DNA of 64,000 nucleotides, from positions 66,708-130,707 of the forward strand of contig JAZKFX010000039.1 of the NCBI GenBank assembly GCA_040386215.1, in the 5' to 3' direction. Below the pieces are notes generated by a model, which saw nothing but the letters and a program-made list of their open reading frames with translations, searched no databases and had not been told where the DNA came from. The DNA is from Pseudomonadota bacterium. Lineage in GTDB: Bacteria; Pseudomonadota; Gammaproteobacteria; Pseudomonadales; Cellvibrionaceae. The translations under genes were made by a program, and so were the position numbers. This document shows, piece by piece, positions 1 through 8,803 of this stretch (positions within the stretch are counted from its first letter, which is position 1; each line of letters opens with the position of its first letter).

Positions 1-696
1 ACGCAACATGCGCAGCAATTAAAACTGGCATCGCTCGGGCGCTTAACAGCTAGCATTGCTCACGAGATTCGCAACCCACTCGGCGCCATCAGTCACGCGA
101 GTCAATTATTATCGGAAGATGCCGCGCTAATTCCCAGCAACAAACGCTTGGTCGACATTATCAATTCACACACCAAACGTGTTAATCAAATTATTGAAAA
201 TATTTTACAATTATCTCGCCGCCGCATAGCCACACCACAAACCATTCGCCTGGACGAATGGTTACCCGCCTTTATTACCGACTACTCGGCAAGTAAAAGC
301 GATAACAATAAACCTAAGATTGATTGCTTAACTTCTGAGGTTATACTCGCAAAATTTGATATAGGGCAATTGCAACAAGTGTTAACGAATTTATGCGATA
401 ACGGTCTACGTTACAGCAATCCACCTGAAGGCTGTCCGCATTTAGTGATTGAAGCGGGGATCAATAATCAGCAACCATTTATTAAAGTGATAGACTTTGG
501 TGTCGGGATAAGTGCAGAAAGTTTAACGCATTTATTTGAACCTTTTTTTACCACCGAAAATACTGGTTCAGGCTTGGGCTTATATATTTGCAAAGAACTC
601 TGCGAAGCAAATCAAGCATTAATTTCTTACTCTCACGCGCACGAAGGATTAAGCTGTTTCCATATTCAATTAGCGCACCCGGATAAAGTATTGTGA
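1..696 (+). CDS. pilS: Sensor histidine kinase, PilS-like (5' end outside window)
   Basis: Frame is open from base 1: QLKLASLGRLTASIAHEIRNPLGAISHA (H-box). Also N-box NLCDNGLRY, G1 DFGVG, F-box FEPFFTT, G2 GSGLGL, and a C-terminal AHP typical of PilS. Confidence 0.8.
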   Translation, partial: TQHAQQLKLASLGRLTASIAHEIRNPLGAISHASQLLSEDAALIPSNKRLVDIINSHTKRVNQIIENILQLSRRRIATPQTIRLDEWLPAFITDYSASKSDNNKPKIDCLTSEVILAKFDIGQLQQVLTNLCDNGLRYSNPPEGCPHLVIEAGINNQQPFIKVIDFGVGISAESLTHLFEPFFTTENTGSGLGLYICKELCEANQALISYSHAHEGLSCFHIQLAHPDKVL

Positions 697-750
697 GTAG
701 TTTTAACTTATCTTCGCTCAACTATTAATTCAAAATTAATTATCCATCGT

Positions 751-785
751 AAAAAAAGACCTGTTTTTTCAAACAAGTCTTTTTT
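751..785. terminator. Probable bidirectional intrinsic terminator
   Basis: AAAAAAAGAC...GTCTTTTTT inverted repeat with an inner TGTTT/AAACA pairing, between convergent genes. Confidence 0.6.
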
Positions 786-818
786 ATGCTTAACGAACTT
801 TATAAATGTAAAATCTTT

Positions 819-2036
819 TTAATCACACAGACTACCTGACACCACAGGGATTTGCGCACTTGCAGCATTGCCTTTTGTACCATGAAAACCGAAATCAACG
901 AATTGGCCTGGAGGAATTATAACGCTCCATTCCTCACTCAAATTTTTCGCTGTATAAGGGTTGCTGCCCGTGAGTACAGTATTCCATGAACTAGTGATTT
1001 TACTGCCGTCAGTGTAAGCCCAGTTTACGCTCCAACCGCTAATGGCATTAGCGCGATTATTGGTAAGGCGTATAACCGCAGAAAACCCTCCATCCCACTC
1101 ACTACTTAAAATATATTGGCAATTGCTCACGGAAGGAAGACTGCTTGAAGCACTGCTGCGACTGCTGGAAAAATTTGATGCAGAACTCGTGCTAGACGAC
1201 AGCGAACGCTGACTGGATGAACTTAAACTTACACTGCTTGCACTGCGAGAGGATGAACCCCCTTCGACAATTCCAAAAGGTGCTGGCTGCGCACTACAGG
1301 TACTTCTTGAGATACAACTTCTGTCATTTTCAAATCCCCATCCAGTCGTAGTAGTGACACAAAGTGGATAAATTGTGCCGTACCAATTACATTGCTGAGT
1401 ACCATTGGGTGAGCTGGGATAAAAGCGCTGCGCCATTTCAATATCTGTTTCACTGAGATTACCATCGCCATTCCACGCCGGATTGCAATAATTCATTACC
1501 GAATCCAAATCCCACTCACCCACAATTGTATCGCCCGAAGTGCCTTGTGGATCCTGCGTACACGTAGATGGGGTGTCAGGACGATTTTGTTCATGAGCAA
1601 AGCCCAGCGCGTGGCCAAACTCATGCACTGCAATGACATCCGAACAATACTGCGCATTGTCAGCACAAAACCAGGCGCTCCAATTGTTGTAAGTAAAATT
1701 TAATACCATGCCCCCATCAACACCATCAAGCCAATCCCCTAAAGCAACTACATAGGGCCCAACATCTCTCACCGCGATATGAATCCCCGGCGCGCCAGCA
1801 GTACATTGTCCCCAACCCACAAACCGCACTGAAGAATTTGCTTCCCAAGTACGTGCCACCGCAGCCTGAACCCAACCTCGTTGCACCTCAGTTGATTCAT
1901 TCAAATCATCCCAACACACGGAAATGGTACTGGTATCCCAAATAGTTTCTCTAAGGACGTACCCCTTATCGACAGCAAAAGAATTCATCGCGGTAAACAT
2001 TAGCACTATCGAACATATCAAAAATTTAATTTTCAT
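819..2036 (-). CDS. Secreted metzincin (astacin/M12-like) metalloprotease with CBM10, Ser-rich linker and C-terminal CBM2
   Basis: Signal peptide; HEFGHALGFAHE zinc motif and SVMNY Met-turn; QQCNWYGTIYPLCVTTTTGWGFENDRSC matches CBM10; poly-Ser linker; CQYILSSEWDGGFSA...GWSVNW...SSWN...FGFHG...C matches CBM2. Confidence 0.85.
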   Translation of the reverse strand: MKIKFLICSIVLMFTAMNSFAVDKGYVLRETIWDTSTISVCWDDLNESTEVQRGWVQAAVARTWEANSSVRFVGWGQCTAGAPGIHIAVRDVGPYVVALGDWLDGVDGGMVLNFTYNNWSAWFCADNAQYCSDVIAVHEFGHALGFAHEQNRPDTPSTCTQDPQGTSGDTIVGEWDLDSVMNYCNPAWNGDGNLSETDIEMAQRFYPSSPNGTQQCNWYGTIYPLCVTTTTGWGFENDRSCISRSTCSAQPAPFGIVEGGSSSRSASSVSLSSSSQRSLSSSTSSASNFSSSRSSASSSLPSVSNCQYILSSEWDGGFSAVIRLTNNRANAISGWSVNWAYTDGSKITSSWNTVLTGSNPYTAKNLSEEWSVIIPPGQFVDFGFHGTKGNAASAQIPVVSGSLCD

Positions 2037-2814
2037 AGCTACTACCTCTTAAAAATTACGACCATTTAAGTGAACAATTAAAATCAAATTAATAAAAATG
2101 TACTGATACGAAAAGAAACAAAAATCCCATAAGCATTACAAATTTACACAATGAAGATGCCACACGTAACTTATTAACACAACAAATAATTTTTTATGAT
2201 TTTTTATGTTAAATAAACTCACCATTAATTGCCGCCAATTGAATTAAAATTATTAGAAAAAAATGCGCCACAACATAAACATAAGCGACAACAAATTCAT
2301 ATTTGCACCAAACACACGCGCCTTAAATTGAAAAAGTTACAAAAAAAGGCACGGAAAAAATAATGGATAACATGCATAAAAAATTAAAATTGATACGGAG
2401 ATGGCGCAAAAAAATTCCGACAAGATCAACACTTGGTACAAAGCGGCTGGAAAGAAATCATTAGAATTGAATTTATCAGGCAGGAAGATATGGCATTTCA
2501 GTTTTCAGGTGACGCCCTACATAGTGCCAGTCGCACTACGGCAAGAGCTTATAAAATTACTTTGAGCTGAAGTTAAAACACGCAGCATACAAAAGGAAAA
2601 GCATTAACAAAATCTTCTGTCGGCTACGGAAAATTTTTCTACATCAAAGCCTTGTATGAATTTTGAAGATCCAGCAGATTTTCAGCGTTTAACAGTGGCA
2701 ATTCCAACGCAGCAGATGCTAAAGGTAGTTACAAAAAAACGACCTGAACGGATTTTTGCTTTAAGAAAATTTATCTAAACAAGAAACCTTTAGGGTAGAT
2801 TGCGCCTTAAATCG

Positions 2815-3714
2815 TCATTTTATTTTGTCGATATTAAACCACAGCTCTGGTCGATCAAGCGGCGTCGCTTTAGGCAGATACGGGTTATTGAGCTTGTATA
2901 CGCGGCGCTGACCTAATTTTGCATTTTTTATTCGTTGCGCGTGGTACTTGTTAAAAACCTTATCGAACTCACCATCCTTGATCATTGCCTCCAGACCGGT
3001 TTCAATATCCTGCGCCAGGGAAATGTTTTCAGTGCGGACAAAATAATAAAAAGCAGCGGGATAATGAATTAGAATCGTACTTTCTATTGCCAGATTCAGA
3101 TCTTTATGCTCGTCAACTTCTGACCATATCTCCATAATTGATCGAGGAAAATAACGAAATCGCTTTTGTTTAAGCATTTTAAACATGCCGTCATAAGTAG
3201 AAACACCTTCGACATTAAATTGATTAGCACGCAATATAAACGTATCCGCCCAATCCTGCCCTTGCCCTAAACGAATATTACGCAAGTCATTAATTGATTT
3301 AACATCCGCAAATAATTTCGCGTCGTCTTTATTAATTAAAAGCAAACGCCAACCAATAAGCCCCTTATCAATTGGGATGCGGATAGCCCTTAAGGTTTTT
3401 TCTTTTTCGTCAGTTGACACGCTCCAGCCCACATCCACAGAGCCATCTGCAACAGTATATAACTGCCGCGAACCTGATAGACCGCGAGCGGCTTGCTCAA
3501 ACGTATACTGCTTGCCAGTACGCGCCAAGGCTTTTTGTAGCAGCTCAATATAATAATCATTACGCTTATCCTCTCCCACAAGGGATCCCGGTCCGAGATA
3601 GCGAATCTTAATTTCAGGCGAATCGACCTGAATAGCTGCAGATGCAGCAGCAAAACAAAAGCAGAACAACGCGATAGCTGCTTTTATAAAAAAAATACCT
3701 TTGAAATAATTCAT
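2815..3714 (-). CDS. Periplasmic substrate-binding protein (type 2 fold, family 3-like), orphan
   Basis: Signal peptide; pattern YYIELLQKAL...IRIPIDKGLIGWR...GQGQDWAD..IL...FRYFPRSIMEI...YYFV...LAQDIETGLEAMIKDGEFD. No permease genes nearby. Confidence 0.7.
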   Translation of the reverse strand: MNYFKGIFFIKAAIALFCFCFAAASAAIQVDSPEIKIRYLGPGSLVGEDKRNDYYIELLQKALARTGKQYTFEQAARGLSGSRQLYTVADGSVDVGWSVSTDEKEKTLRAIRIPIDKGLIGWRLLLINKDDAKLFADVKSINDLRNIRLGQGQDWADTFILRANQFNVEGVSTYDGMFKMLKQKRFRYFPRSIMEIWSEVDEHKDLNLAIESTILIHYPAAFYYFVRTENISLAQDIETGLEAMIKDGEFDKVFNKYHAQRIKNAKLGQRRVYKLNNPYLPKATPLDRPELWFNIDKIK

Positions 3715-3966
3715 AAACCAAGATTACTCTAAGAGATTTTCAATAGGTCTGCACTGACCGCGAAGACCGATTCAGGTTTCTGGGGACAGCTCCATATATG
3801 AAGCTCAAGCCTTTTGCTGTGTAGCGAGGATGGTTCACTGCACTGCGTGGGCCTTGAACACTTCATATTGAATCAAGTATTGCATAAAGTAACCGCCAAG
3901 CTTAACCATAATAATAAGCTTGATCTATAATAATATGCACAATGCCTATAACGATAAATACAATTC

Positions 3967-5124
3967 ATGAAAACTGCCCTGTTTAATATCCACGATTTAA
4001 TTCTAGTGCTAACTCTCGCAGTTTGTCTGCTGCTAATGGTTTTTCAATTGCTCCTTTCCAGGCAAAAAACTATTGCGTCCTATTTATTATCTGGATTTTT
4101 TCTGTGTGTTGCTGCAAACGCATTGTGTAATTTGTTGTTGTGGAATAATTATATTCATCTGCACACTTCCCTGGCCAGGTATTTCGTCGTCTATGGATTG
4201 GTTATCAGTGTTATTGGAAAAGGTATTTTCTTATACTGGTACGTTGAAGCAATTACCCGTGAACATTTTTATCTTACGCCAAAAAAAATGCTGCACTCTA
4301 TCGCCCTGGGAATTGTTCTGTTTATGTTGATTAGTGCGAATGTTGACAGTGATGCCTTACGGTTTTTATCAGCGACGCAAACATCGCCGAACAAGAAAGT
4401 TGTGCATTGGCTTTGGCACTTGTTAAAAATTATACCGGTAATTTACGCGATTGCTGCAGTGATTATTGCGCAACGTTATAAACAATATCTAAAGGATTAT
4501 TATTCTAATTTACAGCTACAGGGACCTGAAGGGTTAATGCTACTAACTCTTGGCTTTGCGATAAGCTGGGGTTGGTCATTGTTGGTACATATTCTCGGTC
4601 AGTTTTTAAGTGCCGACCTGGCTGACAGCTTTGGCATTGCCGACAACTACATCACTTTTGTGCTGCTCAACGCGTTGTTTTTGTATAGCTTGCTGTATGC
4701 TCACGAGTTAATTGAAACCAAAGTAAAAATCAAAGAGAAGGAATCCCTACCTCTTTCCGCGCCAAATAAAAATGCAATTGAAAAGATTCAGCAAGCAATG
4801 GAAATTGACCAGCTGTATCTGCGACACAATTTAAATATTGAAACATTTTCAAAAAATATTGATATGAATTACCGCGAGGTTTCGAGCATTATTAATAATC
4901 ACTTCGGCACAAATTTTTTTGAATTTGTAAATGAATATCGGGTAAATAAAGCGAAGGCTATGTTGATCGATCCAACATTTGCAGAGAAAACTATTTTGTA
5001 TATTTTATTAGAATGTGGCTTTAACAGTAAATCATCCTTCCATCGGTTTTTTAAACGGTATGCAAAGATGACAGCGGCAGATTTTCGCAAAGAGTACACT
5101 AATAATGGCAGCATTGATTCTTGA
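3967..5124 (+). CDS. AraC-family transcriptional regulator with N-terminal multi-pass membrane domain
   Basis: About 6-7 hydrophobic segments, then an AraC HTH (LYLRHNLNI...VSSIINNHFGTNFFEFVNEYRV...ECGFNSKSSFHRFFKR). Confidence 0.88.
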   Translation: MKTALFNIHDLILVLTLAVCLLLMVFQLLLSRQKTIASYLLSGFFLCVAANALCNLLLWNNYIHLHTSLARYFVVYGLVISVIGKGIFLYWYVEAITREHFYLTPKKMLHSIALGIVLFMLISANVDSDALRFLSATQTSPNKKVVHWLWHLLKIIPVIYAIAAVIIAQRYKQYLKDYYSNLQLQGPEGLMLLTLGFAISWGWSLLVHILGQFLSADLADSFGIADNYITFVLLNALFLYSLLYAHELIETKVKIKEKESLPLSAPNKNAIEKIQQAMEIDQLYLRHNLNIETFSKNIDMNYREVSSIINNHFGTNFFEFVNEYRVNKAKAMLIDPTFAEKTILYILLECGFNSKSSFHRFFKRYAKMTAADFRKEYTNNGSIDS

Positions 5125-5141
5125 ATAAAACCTTTGAGTTA

Positions 5142-5177
5142 ATCTTTGCGGGCGGCTATTAAAACGCTCGCAAAGAT
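5142..5177. terminator. Hairpin between convergent AraC and GH16 genes
   Basis: ATCTTTGCGGGCG / CGCTCGCAAAGAT 13-bp stem with one G-U pair. Confidence 0.6.
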
Positions 5178-5201
5178 GTATCAACTCGATTTATGGCTTG
5201 C

Positions 5202-6359
5202 TCAAATTCTAGTAAATTTAATCCAATCAATATTGAAACCACCTGAGTTGGCGTAAATCGCTAAATTTTGCACGCCCGCTTGCAGATAAACATTGTGCGA
5301 AATTGTAGTGTAAGTTCCCCAGCCACCCGTATTGGGTACACCTATAGTGGCCAGCCCCACACCATTCCTATCTAACGTAAATTGTGCGGTCTGGAGAGCC
5401 GACGCTACTCGATATTCCACTCTGTATGTGCCGGTTTGTGGAATATTGACATTGGTGTATTTCAACCATTCTCTGGCATCGATATACCCCACTACACCCC
5501 CACTTACCACAACGCTGCCGCCTACCTCGTTATATTTTTCCGCTTCAATGAACACACTTGCTGAAGCAGTCGGCGCATCTGCAGGTACATTACCGGTAAA
5601 ACCTGTGGCGCCCTCGCGTGTAAGCGCAAGCACCAGCGTGCCATCTTTTACCAGAGCATTCGCAGCGGCAAAGTCGGCGTAGTTTTCGGCAAATGTCCAA
5701 TCCGCTTTCGCCCAACGATTGGTGTCAAAGCTATTGAAATCATCACGCCAACCTGCCACAAAACTATTTGTGGCAGCACTGTAAGGTTTGTATTCAATGT
5801 AATTTACAAACTGATAGACCGGCAAAATGCTGTCATTAAAAGTCCCCACCCAAGCCGATATATTAGCCGCCCAAATATTAAAACGCAGATCTTGGTTGCT
5901 CGTCAGACTGGAAACAAACTGTCCACCATTGATACGACGCACTTCGCGACCATCCATAAACCAGGCTATATAATTCGGCGTCCATTCCAATACATAGGTG
6001 TGGTAAGCATCGCCCAAGGATACTGCAGCCGTATGCACACCCTCTGCTTTAAGGGTTGGGCGCTGCGTGCCAATGATCACATTACTTTGCCATTGCGTAG
6101 CGTTGTTTTTACCGAAGACTTCAATGTCAATTTCTTCCCAAAAAGTATTGCCAACCTCTGAACCATTCTTGTAAGTAAAAAATGTCGATAAAACGCCGCT
6201 TCCTTTAGCCACTTTCATGCGTATTTCATAACGCCCGTATTTGTACGCTTGTTTAGAATAGATTTCTGCGGCTTTATAAGGCTTGGCTGAAACGCCGCAA
6301 ACAAAGAAACTGGCAACGACCAGCACACCCCAACGGATAACATGAGAAAGTTTTAACAT
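5202..6359 (-). CDS. GH16 endo-beta-glucanase (lichenase-like) with C-terminal CBM6
   Basis: Catalytic EEIDIE motif; YGRYEIRMK, YHTYVLEWTP. IEAEKY...GYIDAREWLKY...RVAS...TGGW...FNIDWIKF matches CBM6. Start moved to the ATG at 6359, which has an AAAGGT RBS and gives a signal peptide. Confidence 0.9.
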   Translation of the reverse strand: MLKLSHVIRWGVLVVASFFVCGVSAKPYKAAEIYSKQAYKYGRYEIRMKVAKGSGVLSTFFTYKNGSEVGNTFWEEIDIEVFGKNNATQWQSNVIIGTQRPTLKAEGVHTAAVSLGDAYHTYVLEWTPNYIAWFMDGREVRRINGGQFVSSLTSNQDLRFNIWAANISAWVGTFNDSILPVYQFVNYIEYKPYSAATNSFVAGWRDDFNSFDTNRWAKADWTFAENYADFAAANALVKDGTLVLALTREGATGFTGNVPADAPTASASVFIEAEKYNEVGGSVVVSGGVVGYIDAREWLKYTNVNIPQTGTYRVEYRVASALQTAQFTLDRNGVGLATIGVPNTGGWGTYTTISHNVYLQAGVQNLAIYANSGGFNIDWIKFTRI

Positions 6360-6546
6360 GTGAGTACCTTTATGATTATTTGACGACTCGGTTGTACGGC
6401 CAAAAACTGGCTCGCACGCAATAATCAATTACTCGCTCGATACTGTCGCACCACTTTGCTCAAACTGCCGAATATGGTCCATGGCGTTACGCCGAGAAAC
6501 TGATACCCATTAACTTTTTCTTACATTTCAACTTGCAAATCCGATC

Positions 6547-6582
6547 TTACACTTGTAATCTATGATCGACTTACAAATGTAA
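6547..6582. promoter_or_regulatory. Two BlaI/MecI-type operator palindromes
   Basis: TTACACTTGTAA (6547-6558) and TTACAAATGTAA (6571-6582) match the TACA-N2-TGTA core known for BlaI/MecI/CopY. They lie about 40-75 bp upstream of the repressor gene. Confidence 0.8.
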
Positions 6583-6620
6583 TCCCTAGTTTTCTCAACT
6601 TAATTTACAGGAAATACGCC

Positions 6621-7013
6621 ATGGAACCAGACTTACAACTCACAGACAGCGAATGGGACTTAATGAAGATTCTTTGGGAAGCTGCCCCAGCTTCCGTCAA
6701 TGCAATAGCAGAGCGAGCTCAACAAACCAACCAATGGCACCCTAAAACTGTTCGAACAATGCTGATCCGTCTAGATAAGAAAGGCTTGGTCAACTACTCA
6801 ATACGCGATGGAATTCAACACTATCAGCCACTGTTTAGCCGGGAAGAGTGCGAATCTCAAGCAACACAATCGTTTCTTCAACGGGTATTTGATGGCGCGC
6901 TGACACCCATGGTTGCGCACTTTTCCAGCAAAAGAAAACTCACTCCAGAAGAAAAACGAGCGCTGCTAGCACTGCTGAATGATAGTGAAACTGCCGCGGG
7001 GGATGAAAAATGA
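6621..7013 (+). CDS. BlaI/MecI/CopY-family repressor
   Basis: LTDSEWDLMKILWE...WHPKTVRTMLIRLDKKGLV...YQPLFSREEC...FLQRVFDGALTPMVAHF. Confidence 0.93.
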   Translation: MEPDLQLTDSEWDLMKILWEAAPASVNAIAERAQQTNQWHPKTVRTMLIRLDKKGLVNYSIRDGIQHYQPLFSREECESQATQSFLQRVFDGALTPMVAHFSSKRKLTPEEKRALLALLNDSETAAGDEK

Positions 7014-8650
7014 ATCTTATTTTAAATCTGGTACCAGCGATGAATAATATGGCTGAGTGGGTGGCAATTGCTTCACTAAAAACCATTCCCTTAATTGCGT
7101 TTATTGTTGTAGTAAAACATATTTTTCGCAAAAGATTGTCAGCTGCATCCATACATTTGTTATGGTTAAGTGTTTTTATGAGCCTAAGTATTCCTGTTGG
7201 TTGGGATATACAACTTGAGCGTTTTACTCTCGATAATTCACTTGTCGTAATATCATCAGAGCCCGACATAAAAAATAACAACACGCCAAAGTTTCAACGC
7301 CAGATTGTTATTGGCAATGAAATCATTAGCTCTCAGCCAGACTTTAATCCCACACAAACAGCTTCATGGATCGAGACTTATACTGTCGCACTGCGCCAAA
7401 ATTATCGTCTTATTTTAGCCTGCCTCTGGTTGAGCGGGACGATAATACTGCTCGGTCTAACAGCCATAAGCACATTTCGTTTCCACCGCATTAAAACAAA
7501 TTCATTGATAGTCACAACAGACTTAGCAAATTTATTTAATCTATGCAAAATGGAAATAGGACTCAGCAAATCCATTCAACTTTTATCCAGCCAGGAAATC
7601 CAAAGCCCAATCACGTTAGGTTGGCTGCGACCGGCTATATTACTTCCCCAAAATATTGAAAAAAACCTCTCGTCAGAAAACCTGAAATATATATTGCTAC
7701 ATGAACTGGGTCATATAAAAAGACATGATATTTTTTTCAACTGGATAGCATGCTTGATAAATATTCTGCATTGGTTTAATCCACTTGTTTGGTTAGCCTT
7801 CAAACGAATGCGAATGGATATGGAAATAGCTTGCGATGCATTGGTACTTAGCCACCTGCATCAATCACAGCGCAAAAACTATGGAGCAACCTTGATAGAG
7901 ATTAGCGAAATACCACGCGTTTCACACCGGGCAATAACAACTCTCGGTATTTTAGAAAATCACACTGATCTAAAAGAGAGATTAAAAATGATTAAGGAAT
8001 TTACGACTATGAACATAAAAAACACCACGTTTTTTGGCGCTATTTTAATGCTAGCAACCGTCACATCATTAGCCCAACCTATAGCATCTACCACAATCAA
8101 ACCCACAGCAGCATTGGAATCAAAAGCCACTACCGATTCAGAATCAACCATTACACTGCAAGAATTTGCCGCTATTGCTGAAAAAGATTTAAAAATAAAA
8201 GTTTTAGTTGGGCAAGAAGATTCACCTAAAAAAATTCCATTTAGTCCAAGCAATGAACCGTTGAATTACGGGCAATTACTCACCCAGCTTAAGATTAATC
8301 AATTTACCGCCTATAAATCCAAAGACTACATTCAAATTGTTAAAATAAATGATGCGCGATATTTATCTATTCCAACAGTAGAAAAAAATGGAACCTATTA
8401 TGACGATGAGATTGTTACTGATTATTTTAAAATGGAAAAAGCTTGCGCAGCGCAAATTCTCGTAGCAACAAGGCCTTTAGTACCACAGTACGGTCATCTT
8501 TCAACTTATGAAGATACCCGTACAATAATTATCGTTGATACTTATGGAAATATTCAGCGAGTAAGGGGGGCAATAAAAGCGATGGAAGACAATTTAGATA
8601 AACCGATGAATTGTTCCGCCGCAAAATTATCAACCAAAAATCCTTCTTAA
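7010..8650 (+). CDS. BlaR1/M56-family membrane metallopeptidase with C-terminal secretin (GspD) N0-N1-like domain
   Basis: ATGA overlap with the repressor. SPITLGWLRPAILLP, HELGHIKRHD, WFNPLVW, EIACD and LKERLKMI are M56 motifs. The C-terminal DDEIVT...RPLVPQYGHL..YEDTRTIIIVD..GNIQR resembles GspD N1. Confidence 0.85.
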   Translation: MNLILNLVPAMNNMAEWVAIASLKTIPLIAFIVVVKHIFRKRLSAASIHLLWLSVFMSLSIPVGWDIQLERFTLDNSLVVISSEPDIKNNNTPKFQRQIVIGNEIISSQPDFNPTQTASWIETYTVALRQNYRLILACLWLSGTIILLGLTAISTFRFHRIKTNSLIVTTDLANLFNLCKMEIGLSKSIQLLSSQEIQSPITLGWLRPAILLPQNIEKNLSSENLKYILLHELGHIKRHDIFFNWIACLINILHWFNPLVWLAFKRMRMDMEIACDALVLSHLHQSQRKNYGATLIEISEIPRVSHRAITTLGILENHTDLKERLKMIKEFTTMNIKNTTFFGAILMLATVTSLAQPIASTTIKPTAALESKATTDSESTITLQEFAAIAEKDLKIKVLVGQEDSPKKIPFSPSNEPLNYGQLLTQLKINQFTAYKSKDYIQIVKINDARYLSIPTVEKNGTYYDDEIVTDYFKMEKACAAQILVATRPLVPQYGHLSTYEDTRTIIIVDTYGNIQRVRGAIKAMEDNLDKPMNCSAAKLSTKNPS

Positions 8651-8662
8651 AGCACCAAAAAG

Positions 8663-8686
8663 AAACAGGCCTTCGTCGGCCTGTTT
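8663..8686. terminator. Intrinsic terminator between M56 and acs
   Basis: AAACAGGCC-TTCGTC-GGCCTGTTT perfect 9-bp stem flanked by A and T tracts. Confidence 0.75.
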
Positions 8687-8803
8687 TCGATAAATACTGA
8701 TTTATTTACTGACCCATATTATCGAAAACAAACCGCCTATCGGAGGGGTTTTCCAATGGTGCATTTTTTACAGCAATACTTTTTACAGCAATACCATGCA
8801 ATA

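Noticed and set aside
3720-3800. ACCTGAATCGG and CAGAAACCTG as TPP or cobalamin riboswitch cores
   Set aside because: The other required elements (CTGAGA for TPP; the GGGAA and B12 box for cobalamin) are missing. Kept only as an unassigned structured leader.
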